A stretch of 35,811 bases of DNA from Gemmatimonadota bacterium (GCA_039588275.1 JBDHAC010000034.1:29997-65807), one strand, 5' to 3'; positions 26,300 to 35,674 are shown, numbered from the stretch's first letter. The notes: generated from the sequence alone by a model not told the origin. Translations and numbers: made by a program.

Positions 26300-27783
26300 G
26301 CGGCGCCGCTTCAGTTCAGCTCGCGCTGGCGCTACCCGTCGTCGGTGCGGTCATGACGGCGGCCCTCGGGAGGCGGCCCAATCTGCGGGAGGCGGGTACG
26401 CTCACCGTCGCGGTGAGTCTGTTCCTCGTCGTGGTCACGCTTCTTCCGTCCGTGCTCGACGGCGGCCGGCCCTCCGTCCGCTGGTTCGAGGTCTTGCCCG
26501 GACTCGCCATCGCGTTCCGGGTCGAGCCGCTCGGGATGCTGTTCGCGCTCGTGGCGTCGGGGCTGTGGATCGTCACCTCGCTGTACTCGATCGGCTATAT
26601 GCGGGCGAACGACGAAGCGCACCAGACGCGCTACTACGTCGCGTTCGCGGTCTCGATCTTCGGGGCGATCGGGGTGGCGCTGGCCCAGAACATGTTCACG
26701 CTGTTCATCTTCTACGAGATCCTGACGCTCTCCACGTACCCGCTCGTCGCGCACCACGGCACCGAGAAGGCGATGCAGGGTGCGCGCACGTACCTGTCCA
26801 TCCTACTCACGACCTCGATCGCCTTCCTGCTGCTGGCCATCGTGTGGACCTGGAGCATCGCGGGAACGCTCGATTTCACGGAGGGCGGGATCCTGGCGGG
26901 GAAGGCGGAGGGCCCCGTCATCTTGGTGCTGTTGGGCCTGTACGCGTTCGGCACCGGCAAGGCCGCGCTGATGCCGTTTCACCGGTGGTTGCCGGCCGCG
27001 ATGGTGGCGCCGACCCCGGTCAGCGCGCTGCTCCACGCGGTCGCGGTCGTCAAGGCCGGCGTATTCACGGTCATGAAGGTGGTGGTCTACATCTTCGGTC
27101 TCGATCTGCTGCGCGACACGGGGATCGGTGTGGCGCTGATGTACGTCGCCGGGGCGACGATCATCATCGCGTCGATCGTTGCGTTGACCAAGGACAATCT
27201 CAAGGCCCGGCTCGCATATTCCACGGTGAGCCAGCTGTCCTACATCGTGCTCGGCGCCGCGCTGGCGAACACGTGGGGGGTCATCGGCGGCAGCATGCAC
27301 ATCGCGATGCACGCGTTCGGCAAGATCACCCTGTTCTTCTGCGCGGGCGCGATCTACGTCGCGACGCACAAGACCGAGATCAGCGACATGCGGGGCATCG
27401 GGCGCACGATGCCGTTCACGACCTTTGCGTTTCTGCTCGGCTCGTTGAGCGTGATCGGTCTGCCGCCGATGGGTGGGACATGGAGCAAGTGGTATCTGGC
27501 GCTCGGAGCTGCGGAGGCTCATCAGATCGTGTTCGTGGGCATCCTGATGGTCAGCTCGCTCCTCAACATCGCGTACCTGATCCCGATACCGATCCGCGGC
27601 TTCTTCTTCGCTCCCACGGGGAACGAGCCGGCCTCGGGAGTCAGGGAGGCGCCGCTGTTCTGCGTGATCCCGCTATGCCTCACGGCGCTCGGTTGCATCG
27701 TGCTGTTCTTCTTCGCCGGGGAGATCGCCCGTCTTCTGGAGCCTCTGGCAGGAGCGACCGCGGTGACGGGCGCCGGTCCATGA
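26296..27783 (+). CDS. Antiporter-like subunit 2 (MrpA/NuoL-like core, about 495 aa)
   Basis: FIFYE, KAA.MPFH.WLP.AMVAPTPVSALLHA...VKAG (MrpA/NuoL-type motif), LKARLAYST.SQL. TTG start overlaps the mnhD stop (TTGA). Confidence 0.9.
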   Translation: MSGAASVQLALALPVVGAVMTAALGRRPNLREAGTLTVAVSLFLVVVTLLPSVLDGGRPSVRWFEVLPGLAIAFRVEPLGMLFALVASGLWIVTSLYSIGYMRANDEAHQTRYYVAFAVSIFGAIGVALAQNMFTLFIFYEILTLSTYPLVAHHGTEKAMQGARTYLSILLTTSIAFLLLAIVWTWSIAGTLDFTEGGILAGKAEGPVILVLLGLYAFGTGKAALMPFHRWLPAAMVAPTPVSALLHAVAVVKAGVFTVMKVVVYIFGLDLLRDTGIGVALMYVAGATIIIASIVALTKDNLKARLAYSTVSQLSYIVLGAALANTWGVIGGSMHIAMHAFGKITLFFCAGAIYVATHKTEISDMRGIGRTMPFTTFAFLLGSLSVIGLPPMGGTWSKWYLALGAAEAHQIVFVGILMVSSLLNIAYLIPIPIRGFFFAPTGNEPASGVREAPLFCVIPLCLTALGCIVLFFFAGEIARLLEPLAGATAVTGAGP

Positions 27784-27793
27784 GGGCGGCACG

Positions 27794-28054
27794 ATGAGCT
27801 CTGAGATGGGCGCCGAGCGCAAGCGCTGGCTCGACGAGCCGCGCAATGTAACGCGCCTCGTGTGGACGCTCGCGACGGTTTGCGCGGCCCTCGTCATCGG
27901 CGACCTGGTCTACCACAAGCACGTCCATTTCGGCTTCGAGGGGTGGTTCGGCGTCTACGGCTTCTTCGGCTTCGCGGCCTTCTTCTTCATCGTCATGGCC
28001 GGGAAGTACCTGCGGAAGATTCTGATGCGGCCGGAGGACTACTACGATGAGTAG
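27794..28054 (+). CDS. Small two-TM protein within the Mrp operon
   Basis: WLD.P.NV, two hydrophobic segments, GFEGWFG.YGFFGF, LMRPEDYYD; tightly packed between antiporter subunits. Confidence 0.8.
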   Translation: MSSEMGAERKRWLDEPRNVTRLVWTLATVCAALVIGDLVYHKHVHFGFEGWFGVYGFFGFAAFFFIVMAGKYLRKILMRPEDYYDE

Positions 28055-29756
28055 TCTAGTGGCCCTCCCGCCCGCCTGGATCCTCATCCTGGGCGCCCTG
28101 TTGGTGCCACTCCTGCGAGGGCGGGCCCAGATCGCGTACGTGCTCGTCCTTCCCGTCCTGAGCGCCGTCCAGCTGCTCGGGTTGTTCGGGCTGGCCGAGG
28201 GCGCGTACACGCAGGTCGACCTGCTCGGCTACACGCTCACGTTGGCTCGGGTCGACAAGCTCAGCCTCGTCTTCGGGCTGATCTTCCACATCGTCGCGTT
28301 CCTCTCGGTCATCTACGCGGCGCACCTGAAGGACACGGTGCAGCATGTCGCCGGGCTGGTCTACGCGGGAGCCGGTATCGCGGCGGTGTTCGCGGGCGAT
28401 CTCATCACTCTCTTCCTGTACTGGGAGCTGACCGCGATCGCCTCCGTCTTCCTCATCTGGGCCAGACGCACCGAGCGGTCGTACAGAGCGGGGATGCGCT
28501 ACCTGATCATTCAGGTGGGCTCGGGTGTCCTGCTTCTCGCCGGTACGATCATCCACTATCGGGCGACGGGATCCCTCGCCTTCGACCACCTCGGGCTCGG
28601 GTCGCTCGGGACGGACCTGATCTTCGTCGCGTTCGGGATCAAGTGCGCCTTTCCGTTCCTGCACAACTGGCTGCAGGACGCCTACCCCGAGGCAACCGTA
28701 ACGGGCACCGTCTTCTTGAGCGCCTTCACCACCAAGCTCGCGGTCTACGCGCTCGCGCGCGGGTACGCCGGCACCGAGATCCTGATCCCGATCGGGGTCA
28801 TCATGACGATCTTCCCGATCTTCTACGCGGTGATCGAGAACGACCTCCGGCGGGTATTGGCGTACAGCCTCAACAACCAGGTCGGCTTCATGGTCGTCGG
28901 GATCGGGGTGGGAACCGAGATGGCCCTGAACGGGACGGTGTCGCACGCCTTCGCCCACCTCCTGTACAAGGCACTCCTGTTCATGTCGATGGGTGCCGTC
29001 CTCTACCGGGCCGGGACGATCAAGGCTTCGGAGTTGGGAGGGCTGTACAAGTCGATGCCCCTCACCGCGACGTTCTGTATCATCGGGGCGATGTCGATCT
29101 CCGCGTTCCCGTTGTTCAGCGGGTTCGTGAGCAAGTCGATGATCCTTTCGGCTGTAGGCGAGCAGCACTACACCCTCGCGTTCATCGGGCTGATTTTCGC
29201 GTCGGCCGGCGTGATGGAGCACTCGGGGATCAAGATCCCGTACTTCGGGTTCTTCGGTCACGACTCGGGGATCCGGTGCAAGGAGGCTCCGGGCAACATG
29301 CTCATCGCGATGGGCGTGACGGCGGCGCTGTGCATCGGGATCGGCGTGTTCCCCGGCCCCTTGTACAGCCTTCTGCCGTACGACGTGGAGTACCGGCCGT
29401 ACACGACCACGCACGTGATGACCTCCTTCCAGCTGCTTCTGTGGGCAGCGCTGGCCTTCGCGGTCCTGATCCGGACGGGGCTTTATCCCGCGGAGAGACC
29501 GTCGGTCAACCTGGACTTCGATTGGACGTACCGCCGGTTCCTGCCGCGCCTGGTAGGAACCGTGGGTCGGGGTATCGGGTGGGTGCAGGGCCACGTGTTC
29601 GACCGGGCGCAGAGGAATGTCGGCAGGTTCCTGGAAGGCGTGTACCGGCACCATGGCCCTCCGGGCGTGTTCGCGCGGACGTGGCCTACTGGGAGTACCG
29701 TGCTGTGGATCGCGGTAATGCTGGCCGCATACCTGTTGCTCTACTATCTGCAGTGA
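28047..29756 (+). CDS. Antiporter-like subunit 3 (MnhD family, long C-terminus)
   Basis: GDLITLFLYWE, IK.AFP.LH.WL.DAYPEA, FTTK, NDLRRVLAYS..NQ.G, HA.AH..YK.LLF. Confidence 0.9.
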   Translation: MSSLVALPPAWILILGALLVPLLRGRAQIAYVLVLPVLSAVQLLGLFGLAEGAYTQVDLLGYTLTLARVDKLSLVFGLIFHIVAFLSVIYAAHLKDTVQHVAGLVYAGAGIAAVFAGDLITLFLYWELTAIASVFLIWARRTERSYRAGMRYLIIQVGSGVLLLAGTIIHYRATGSLAFDHLGLGSLGTDLIFVAFGIKCAFPFLHNWLQDAYPEATVTGTVFLSAFTTKLAVYALARGYAGTEILIPIGVIMTIFPIFYAVIENDLRRVLAYSLNNQVGFMVVGIGVGTEMALNGTVSHAFAHLLYKALLFMSMGAVLYRAGTIKASELGGLYKSMPLTATFCIIGAMSISAFPLFSGFVSKSMILSAVGEQHYTLAFIGLIFASAGVMEHSGIKIPYFGFFGHDSGIRCKEAPGNMLIAMGVTAALCIGIGVFPGPLYSLLPYDVEYRPYTTTHVMTSFQLLLWAALAFAVLIRTGLYPAERPSVNLDFDWTYRRFLPRLVGTVGRGIGWVQGHVFDRAQRNVGRFLEGVYRHHGPPGVFARTWPTGSTVLWIAVMLAAYLLLYYLQ

Positions 29757-30250
29757 ACATCGCCGGCCCGCAGCGACTCGACGCCGCAGGAAGAATCCTC
29801 GAGCGCGCCGAAGCGGTTCGCCGCTATGGTCCGGGCCGCGCAGAGAGACTCGTGTTCACCAACGGCTGCTTCGACATCGTCCACAAGGGGCACCTGTCTT
29901 TGCTGGCGCGCGCCCGCGGGCTCGGAGACGCGCTGCTGGTGGGGCTCAACTCGGATGCTTCCGTCCGACGATTGAAGGGGGCCGGTCGGCCGATCCTGCC
30001 GGAGGCAGACCGGGGCCTGCTACTCGCGTCGCTCCGGTTCGTCGATGCGGTCGCCGTCTTCGCGGAGGACACGCCGCTACGGCTCATCGAAGCGCTGCAG
30101 CCTGACGTCCTGGTGAAAGGAGCGGACTACCGGCTGGAGGACGTCGTGGGTGCAGACGAAGTGCGGGCGCGCGGTGGAAGCGTCATCCTCCTGCCACTCG
30201 AGCCCCATCGCTCCACCAGCGAGTTGCTCCGCAGCCTGACGGAACGGTGA
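29753..30250 (+). CDS. hldC: D-glycero-beta-D-manno-heptose-1-phosphate adenylyltransferase (RfaE domain II)
   Basis: VFTNGCFDIVH.GH, GLNSDASVRRLKG.GRP, EDTP..LI..LQPDVLVKGADY. GTG start overlaps the upstream stop (GTGA). Confidence 0.94.
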   Translation: MNIAGPQRLDAAGRILERAEAVRRYGPGRAERLVFTNGCFDIVHKGHLSLLARARGLGDALLVGLNSDASVRRLKGAGRPILPEADRGLLLASLRFVDAVAVFAEDTPLRLIEALQPDVLVKGADYRLEDVVGADEVRARGGSVILLPLEPHRSTSELLRSLTER

Positions 30251-30440
30251 TCGTTCGGGCGGCCCTGCGGCCACCATGCGTCGTCGATGTGGCCGTGGAC
30301 TGCGGCGGACGCCGCTTGACGCCCATGAGTCGCGCCGTCCAGGTTGGTCGCCGAGCCCACATGCCGCCGCGGTCGGTAACGATAGCCGTGGCACAGTCAC
30401 GACGTTGAGTCCCGTGCGCCAGAGAAGGAAAGGCCGGTCC

Positions 30441-31394
30441 ATGTCCGATGCGGCGCCCGCTGCCGTGAGCAGACGATCCAAGGTGAGCGGCTCGGGGGAC
30501 CGAGCCGCCCGAGCGCCCGCCCGTCAGCCGGCGGTGCCGCGTCGGCGCGCGGCCGACTATGTAGAGCTGACGAAACCCCGCATTACGGCGCTCGTGCTCG
30601 TGACGACGGCAGCCGGCTTCTATCTGGGAAGCCCGGCCGGGTTGGATATCGTACTTCTCCTCCACGCCCTGTTCGGAACCGCACTGGTGGCGGGCGGAAC
30701 CAGCGCGATGAACCAGGTTCTCGAACGCGACGTCGATGCGCGGATGGAACGTACCCGCGACCGGCCGCTGCCCGCCGGCAGGCTGAGCCCGGGACCCGCA
30801 GCGTTGTTCGCGGGCGGCCTCTCCGCATTCGGAATTGCGTATCTCGCCATCGCCGTGAATCTGTTGACCGGTGTGCTCGCGGCGCTCGCCCTGGTCGTTT
30901 ACGACCTCGTGTACACCCCGTTGAAGCGCGTACACTCGCTCTCGACCCTCGTCGGCGCGATCCCCGGTGCACTGCCCATCGTGGGTGGTTGGGCGGCGGC
31001 CACAGGTGAGCTCGGGGCCGGCGCGTGGACGCTGTTCACCATCCTCTTCCTGTGGCAGTTGCCGCATTTCCTGGCGCTCGCGTGGCTCCTGAAGGACCAG
31101 TACCGCGATGCGGGGCTTCGAATGTTGAGCGTCGGGGACCTGAACGGGATCAGCACGCGCCAACAGACTCTGCTCTACACGCTGGCCCTGGTCCCTGCCA
31201 GTCTCGTTCCCGCGCTGCTCGGGCTCGCGGGGGCGGTCTATTTCTGGGTCGCGCTCGGTCTCGGAGCCGTGTTCGTGTGGCAGACCTGCGTGTTCTGGGG
31301 CTCGACCTCGCGTCGAACGGCCGGGCGGCTGTTCCGCTACTCGGTCATCTATCTTCCACTTCTCCTGGCCGTGCTGGCCGTCGACAAGCTGTGA
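30441..31394 (+). CDS. cyoE: Protoheme IX farnesyltransferase (heme O synthase)
   Basis: Y.ELTKPRI, NQ..ERD.DARM.RT..RPLP.GR, YTPLKR, GA.PGALP..GW, FLWQ.PHF.AL. ATG 30441 follows AGGAAAGG. Confidence 0.95.
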   Translation: MSDAAPAAVSRRSKVSGSGDRAARAPARQPAVPRRRAADYVELTKPRITALVLVTTAAGFYLGSPAGLDIVLLLHALFGTALVAGGTSAMNQVLERDVDARMERTRDRPLPAGRLSPGPAALFAGGLSAFGIAYLAIAVNLLTGVLAALALVVYDLVYTPLKRVHSLSTLVGAIPGALPIVGGWAAATGELGAGAWTLFTILFLWQLPHFLALAWLLKDQYRDAGLRMLSVGDLNGISTRQQTLLYTLALVPASLVPALLGLAGAVYFWVALGLGAVFVWQTCVFWGSTSRRTAGRLFRYSVIYLPLLLAVLAVDKL

Positions 31395-31452
31395 GCGCGA
31401 CGCTTCGGTCAGCCGATCGGACGGTCCCTCGAGCTCGCCGCTCGAGGCCGGT

Positions 31453-32415
31453 ATGAGCTTGTCTGCGCGCGCCGTGCGGGACGGCCTCGCGGCGGGACTG
31501 CTGGCCGGGTTCGTCCTGGCGGTGCTCTTCTATTTCTACGACCTGGGACAAGGGGCGCCGCTCCGGACCCCCACGTTCCTGTGGGGCGCGATCTTGCAGA
31601 GGGGTGAGGTGGAGCCTACGGCGGGAGTGCTCATCGGGTTCACTCTCGTGCATTTCGCCGTGTGGGCGGGTCTCGGGCTGCTGGCTCGTGCCTTGATCGG
31701 CTGGGCCGGGCTTCCGCGCAATCTCTTCATCGGCGCCGCATACGGCCTGTTCGCCTGCTCGCTGGTCTTCTATTTGGGGCTCATCCGCGCCCCTGTCGAC
31801 CAGGTGCTGTCAGCACCCGGGTGGCCCGCTGTCTTCTTCGGTAACGCGCTCGCCGGCGTCGTGATGTTCACGCACCTGCACTGGCTGGGGAGTGAGCCCG
31901 GAGTCACCGGGATGCTCGACTTTCTTCAGGCACACCGGACGACGCGCCTCGGCATCACCGCCGGATTGATCGGCGCGGTCGCCGTCGCACTCTGGTTCCT
32001 CATCGTGGATGCGATCGCGCGCGAGCCGTTCTTCACGCCCGCTGCGCTCGGGGCGTTGCTCTTCCGGGGCGGGGGCGGAGTCGAGGACGTCGTGATCGGA
32101 GTCGGACCGGTGCTCGGCTACAGCTTCGTGCACTTCACGTTCTTCATACTCTTCGGCGTCACCCTCTCGGGACTCACCGAACAGGTCCGGAGGTTCCCGC
32201 CCCTGGTTTTCGGTCTTCTGATCCTGTTCGTAGTGTTCGAGGTCTTCTTCATCGCGTTGGTGGCGATTCTAGGACGGTGGTTCCTGCAGGAGATGGCGTG
32301 GTGGTCGCTGTTGATCGGAAACCTGCTCGCAGCCGTCAGCATGGGAGTGTACATGTGGCGCGTACACCCCGAGCTGGCCGGGCGACTGAGGGACGACGTC
32401 CTCTGGAGCGTGTAG
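31453..32415 (+). CDS. Uncharacterised ~8-TM membrane protein with internal duplication
   Basis: Two ~150-aa halves share G..AG, D....P..TP..L, G(F/Y)..VHF and W....GN.LA...M. Confidence 0.8.
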   Translation: MSLSARAVRDGLAAGLLAGFVLAVLFYFYDLGQGAPLRTPTFLWGAILQRGEVEPTAGVLIGFTLVHFAVWAGLGLLARALIGWAGLPRNLFIGAAYGLFACSLVFYLGLIRAPVDQVLSAPGWPAVFFGNALAGVVMFTHLHWLGSEPGVTGMLDFLQAHRTTRLGITAGLIGAVAVALWFLIVDAIAREPFFTPAALGALLFRGGGGVEDVVIGVGPVLGYSFVHFTFFILFGVTLSGLTEQVRRFPPLVFGLLILFVVFEVFFIALVAILGRWFLQEMAWWSLLIGNLLAAVSMGVYMWRVHPELAGRLRDDVLWSV

Positions 32416-32511
32416 GCCGCGCCCCTCACGAGCCTTCACCGCCCGGGCGGCAGCACCCATGACTCCGGCCATCGAGCAGCCCACCGTCATCGCATCCCGC
32501 GGAGCGGAGCG

Positions 32512-33174
32512 GTGAGCGCGGATCCTCGCTTCCTGCTGGCAACGCGCAGCGAGCACAAGCTGCGCGAGGCGCGCGAGATTCTGTCGGAGGCGCGTGCCCG
32601 CATCGTGAGCCTCGTCGAGGTTGGGCTTCCCGAGACGCCCGAAGAAGCACACCTCGAGCCGTTCGATACGTTCGCGCAGAACGCCCTCTCCAAGGCCCGA
32701 CACTTCCACACGCTGTCGGGGCTGCCCACGATCGCGGACGACTCCGGGTTGTGCGTGGACGCGCTGGGCGGGCGCCCCGGAGTCCGGACGAAGCGATTCG
32801 CACCGGACCGGATGGCGGCTGAATGGGGCAGGGATGAGGCAAACAACCGCTACCTGCTCGAGCGGATGACCGGCGTGCTCGAGCGTGAGCGCGGTGCCCA
32901 TTATCACTGCGCGATCGCGCTCGTCGAGGACGACGGCCACGCGATCTTCGAGGGCCGGGTGAGCGGTAGGATAGCCCACGAGCCGAGGGGGAGCGGCGGC
33001 TTTGGGTACGACCCGCTGTTCATCTTGCCGGAGCGGGGATTGACCTACGCGGAGCTCCCACCCGAGGTCAAACGTGCCACGAGCCACCGGGCCCGGGCAT
33101 TGATCGAGCTACAGCGCTGGCTGCGGACCCGGTCGCCCGGAGGGGCTGACACCGATTCGGAACGCCTTCGCTAG
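32512..33174 (+). CDS. rdgB: Non-canonical purine NTP pyrophosphatase (Ham1/RdgB)
   Basis: LAT....K..E, TF..NA..KA, IADDSGL.VDALGG.PGV, GFGYDPLF, K...SHR..A. Confidence 0.94.
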   Translation: MSADPRFLLATRSEHKLREAREILSEARARIVSLVEVGLPETPEEAHLEPFDTFAQNALSKARHFHTLSGLPTIADDSGLCVDALGGRPGVRTKRFAPDRMAAEWGRDEANNRYLLERMTGVLERERGAHYHCAIALVEDDGHAIFEGRVSGRIAHEPRGSGGFGYDPLFILPERGLTYAELPPEVKRATSHRARALIELQRWLRTRSPGGADTDSERLR

Positions 33175-33193
33175 GGCGTGGTTAAACGCCGCG

Positions 33194-33215
33194 CTTGCTG
33201 CGCGTACGCAGCAAG
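33194..33215. repeat. Inverted repeat CTTGCTGCG-CGTA-CGCAGCAAG (candidate enhancer/UAS or hairpin)
   Basis: Perfect 9-bp arms about 105-125 bp upstream of the sigma54 motif; no U-tract follows. Confidence 0.6.
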
Positions 33216-33320
33216 AGACCATCCCACCACACGGCCACACGTAATGTCGCGTCTTAGGTAAGAGGCGAATGCGGCTGCCGTTACAGCAGTTACAGCGATA
33301 CGCTCGCGGACGTGGCCGGC

Positions 33321-33336
33321 TGGCATACGCGTTGCT
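33321..33336 (+). promoter_or_regulatory. Sigma54 (-24/-12) promoter
   Basis: TGGCAT-ACGCG-TTGCT matches TGGCAC-N5-TTGCW with exact GG-N10-GC spacing, 60 nt upstream of the tadE start. Confidence 0.75.
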
Positions 33337-33395
33337 TCTTCGCAGGGGTGCGGGTTTCCCAGGTGCAGGTGGGGTGCTTCGGGGACAGGGAGAGG

Positions 33396-33869
33396 TTGAA
33401 GTTGAGGATACGTCTGCGGAGGCTCGGGAAGACCCGCGGGTTCCGCCGGGGCGAACGCGGCCAGACCCTGGTCGAGTTCGTCCTCGTCGTGCCGGTACTT
33501 CTCCTTCTGTTGGCCGGAATCTTCGACTTCGGCCGACACTTCTTCACGCGCCTGACCTTGCGACACGCGGTGGCCGAGGCGGCGCGATTCGCGGTCACCG
33601 GGAACCAGCTCATCGACCCGGGCAGCGGCGAGCCCATGACCCGGGCGCAGTCCATCATCGAGGTCATCGTGGACAAGGCAGGTGATCTCAACGTCGACCT
33701 GAACGGGCTTCAGATCACCCCGCCCGACGGAGGGGGGCCGGGCGACGTGGTCCAGATCAGCGCGACATACCGGGATCACTTCGTGATGGCGCCCGTCATG
33801 CGCTTCTTCAGCACGGGGTACGTGGATTTCACCGTTGCCACCGTCGTGCGCAACGAACCGGTCTTCTGA
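33396..33869 (+). CDS. TadE-like minor pilin
   Basis: Prepilin motif ERG|QTLVEF, TM helix, GIFDFGR, A.EAAR.A. TTG 33396 (or 33402) follows GGGAGAGG. Confidence 0.88.
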   Translation: MKLRIRLRRLGKTRGFRRGERGQTLVEFVLVVPVLLLLLAGIFDFGRHFFTRLTLRHAVAEAARFAVTGNQLIDPGSGEPMTRAQSIIEVIVDKAGDLNVDLNGLQITPPDGGGPGDVVQISATYRDHFVMAPVMRFFSTGYVDFTVATVVRNEPVF

Positions 33870-33876
33870 GTGGTGC

Positions 33877-34413
33877 ATGCGACTCTTGGTGAGTAAACGC
33901 GTGGCCCGCCGGCTGGCGCGAAGGTTGACCCGATGCGAGCGGGGGCAGGAGCTCATCGAGTTCACGATGACGCTCCCGATCCTGATGATCGTCGTGTTCG
34001 GCCTTCTCGAAGTGGGGATGCTGTTGGACGTGGGACATGCGATGGCGGGGCTTTCGCGCGAGGGCGCCAACATCGCGGCACGTGGGGCCGCACTCGACTC
34101 CGTCGTTCAGATCACCGTCACGAACGGTGGGACGATCGGACTCGCGGGGCGCGGCGGAGCGATCGCGACGAGACTCCGCATGCAAGGTGGCTTCCCCGTG
34201 GTGGAGTCTCAGTTCGCGAGCAGTGGCTTCATGGGTCTCAGTCGCATGGGTCTCCCAGGTGACTCGGTCGGCACGCTGGTGACGAGCGGGCTCCTGGATG
34301 GCCAGTCCTACTACGTGGTCGAGCTGTTCCTCACGTACGAGCCCTTTACGCCCTTGAGCCGAATGGTCAACTCGCTAGTCCCGGATACGCTCTATGATCG
34401 CTCGATCTTCTGA
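33877..34413 (+). CDS. TadE-like minor pilin
   Basis: ERG|QELIEF, TM helix, G..EVG, SREGAN.A.R, VVE...Y.P.TP. Confidence 0.88.
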   Translation: MRLLVSKRVARRLARRLTRCERGQELIEFTMTLPILMIVVFGLLEVGMLLDVGHAMAGLSREGANIAARGAALDSVVQITVTNGGTIGLAGRGGAIATRLRMQGGFPVVESQFASSGFMGLSRMGLPGDSVGTLVTSGLLDGQSYYVVELFLTYEPFTPLSRMVNSLVPDTLYDRSIF

Positions 34414-35674
34414 ATCCGATCCACTTCGCGCAGGAAGGCAAGGCTCGTGCGCCCGACGGGCCGTGGCGCGGACAACCGCGCGGGCGCGCGGATCGTTGGC
34501 CGACGAGTCTGGCGCAGTGCTGGTCCTCCTGGCCGTATCGCTGTTCATGATTCTGGGAGCAACCGGTTTGGCGCTGGACCTGGGTCGTGGCTATCTGGAG
34601 AAGATGCGGGTCGGGCGAGCCGTGGACGCCGCTGCGCTGGCAGGCGCCCGGGCCCTGCGATTGGGACAGCCCGCGGCGTTGACCCAGGCAAACGCGGTGG
34701 CTCGCGCCAACGGCGTGGCGGCCGGACCGGGCACCGGCACCTCGGTCACCTTCGGCAGCAACGCCCGCGGAGAGAACACGGTCACGGTTTCAGCAGCCCG
34801 TACGGTCCCGACGACTTTCATCCGTATTCTCGGTCAGACGAGGATGGACGTGCGCGCGAGCGCAACGGCCGCGGTGCCACCGGTGGACCTGGTGCTCGTC
34901 GTCGATCAGTCTGGCTCGCTGGACCGAGAGGGCGCGTGGGACGACCTGCAGGCCGCAGCGACGGAATTCGTCGGTCAGTTCAACGACGGCATCGACCAGA
35001 TGGGGCTGGTTTCATTCCAGATTCGGGGCACCGAACGCTTCGAGTTGGGGCACGATTTCACGACGCCGATCTCTCAGGCCATCAGCGCCATGAATTCGGC
35101 GGGGGACACCAACACGGGCGAGGGACTACGGTTGGCCCACGAGCAGATGCTGCTTCCGGCGGTACGGCAGAGCGCCGCCAAGGTCATCGTGTTCTTCACA
35201 GACGGGCGACCCACGGCCGTGCGGGACTTCATCGGACCGCCCTTCAATACACAGGACCGTGTGATCGCCGTATCCACGGTTATCACGGGCAGGGTCCGAG
35301 GTCTGTTCAACGACCCCGACAACCTGCCCACCGACGTCATCGCGAACCCTCCCGACGACTGTCGGCGCTTCAGAAACTGCTACGGGTGGAACGAGAACCG
35401 GGTCCGTAATCAGGGGCGGGTGCGCGGTGACCAAACGGCGCGAGCGATACGCCGTGACGGGATTCTCGTTTACACGATCGGGCTTGGGAACCCCAACAAC
35501 CCGGACCCGATCCTGCAACCCGATCTCGATTACCTGCGTCGACTCGCCAACGAGAACGGCGTGGTGGACCCCGATGAGCCGCAGGGCAGGATGTACTTCG
35601 CCCCTACGGCCGACGATCTGCAGGCCGTCTTCGACCAGGTCGCCCGAGACCTGTTCGTTCGGCTCTCGCGCTAA
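34394..35674 (+). CDS. TadG-like protein with vWA domain
   Basis: DESG|AVLVL Tad N-terminus, LALDLGR, AVDAAALAGA; vWA MIDAS DLVLVVDQSGS...T...VFFTDG...VYTIGLG. Start uncertain. Confidence 0.88.
   Translation: MIARSSESDPLRAGRQGSCARRAVARTTARARGSLADESGAVLVLLAVSLFMILGATGLALDLGRGYLEKMRVGRAVDAAALAGARALRLGQPAALTQANAVARANGVAAGPGTGTSVTFGSNARGENTVTVSAARTVPTTFIRILGQTRMDVRASATAAVPPVDLVLVVDQSGSLDREGAWDDLQAAATEFVGQFNDGIDQMGLVSFQIRGTERFELGHDFTTPISQAISAMNSAGDTNTGEGLRLAHEQMLLPAVRQSAAKVIVFFTDGRPTAVRDFIGPPFNTQDRVIAVSTVITGRVRGLFNDPDNLPTDVIANPPDDCRRFRNCYGWNENRVRNQGRVRGDQTARAIRRDGILVYTIGLGNPNNPDPILQPDLDYLRRLANENGVVDPDEPQGRMYFAPTADDLQAVFDQVARDLFVRLSR

Noticed and set aside
28056..29654. Long antisense and alternate-frame ORFs (e.g. 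28056-29654 minus, 17124-18476 minus, 26565-27797 plus, 10182-11393 minus)
   Set aside because: Shadows of real genes in high-GC sequence; Arg/Gly/Pro-rich with no family motifs.
30389..30404. TGGCAC upstream of cyoE as a sigma54 promoter
   Set aside because: No TTGC/GC at the required -12 position.
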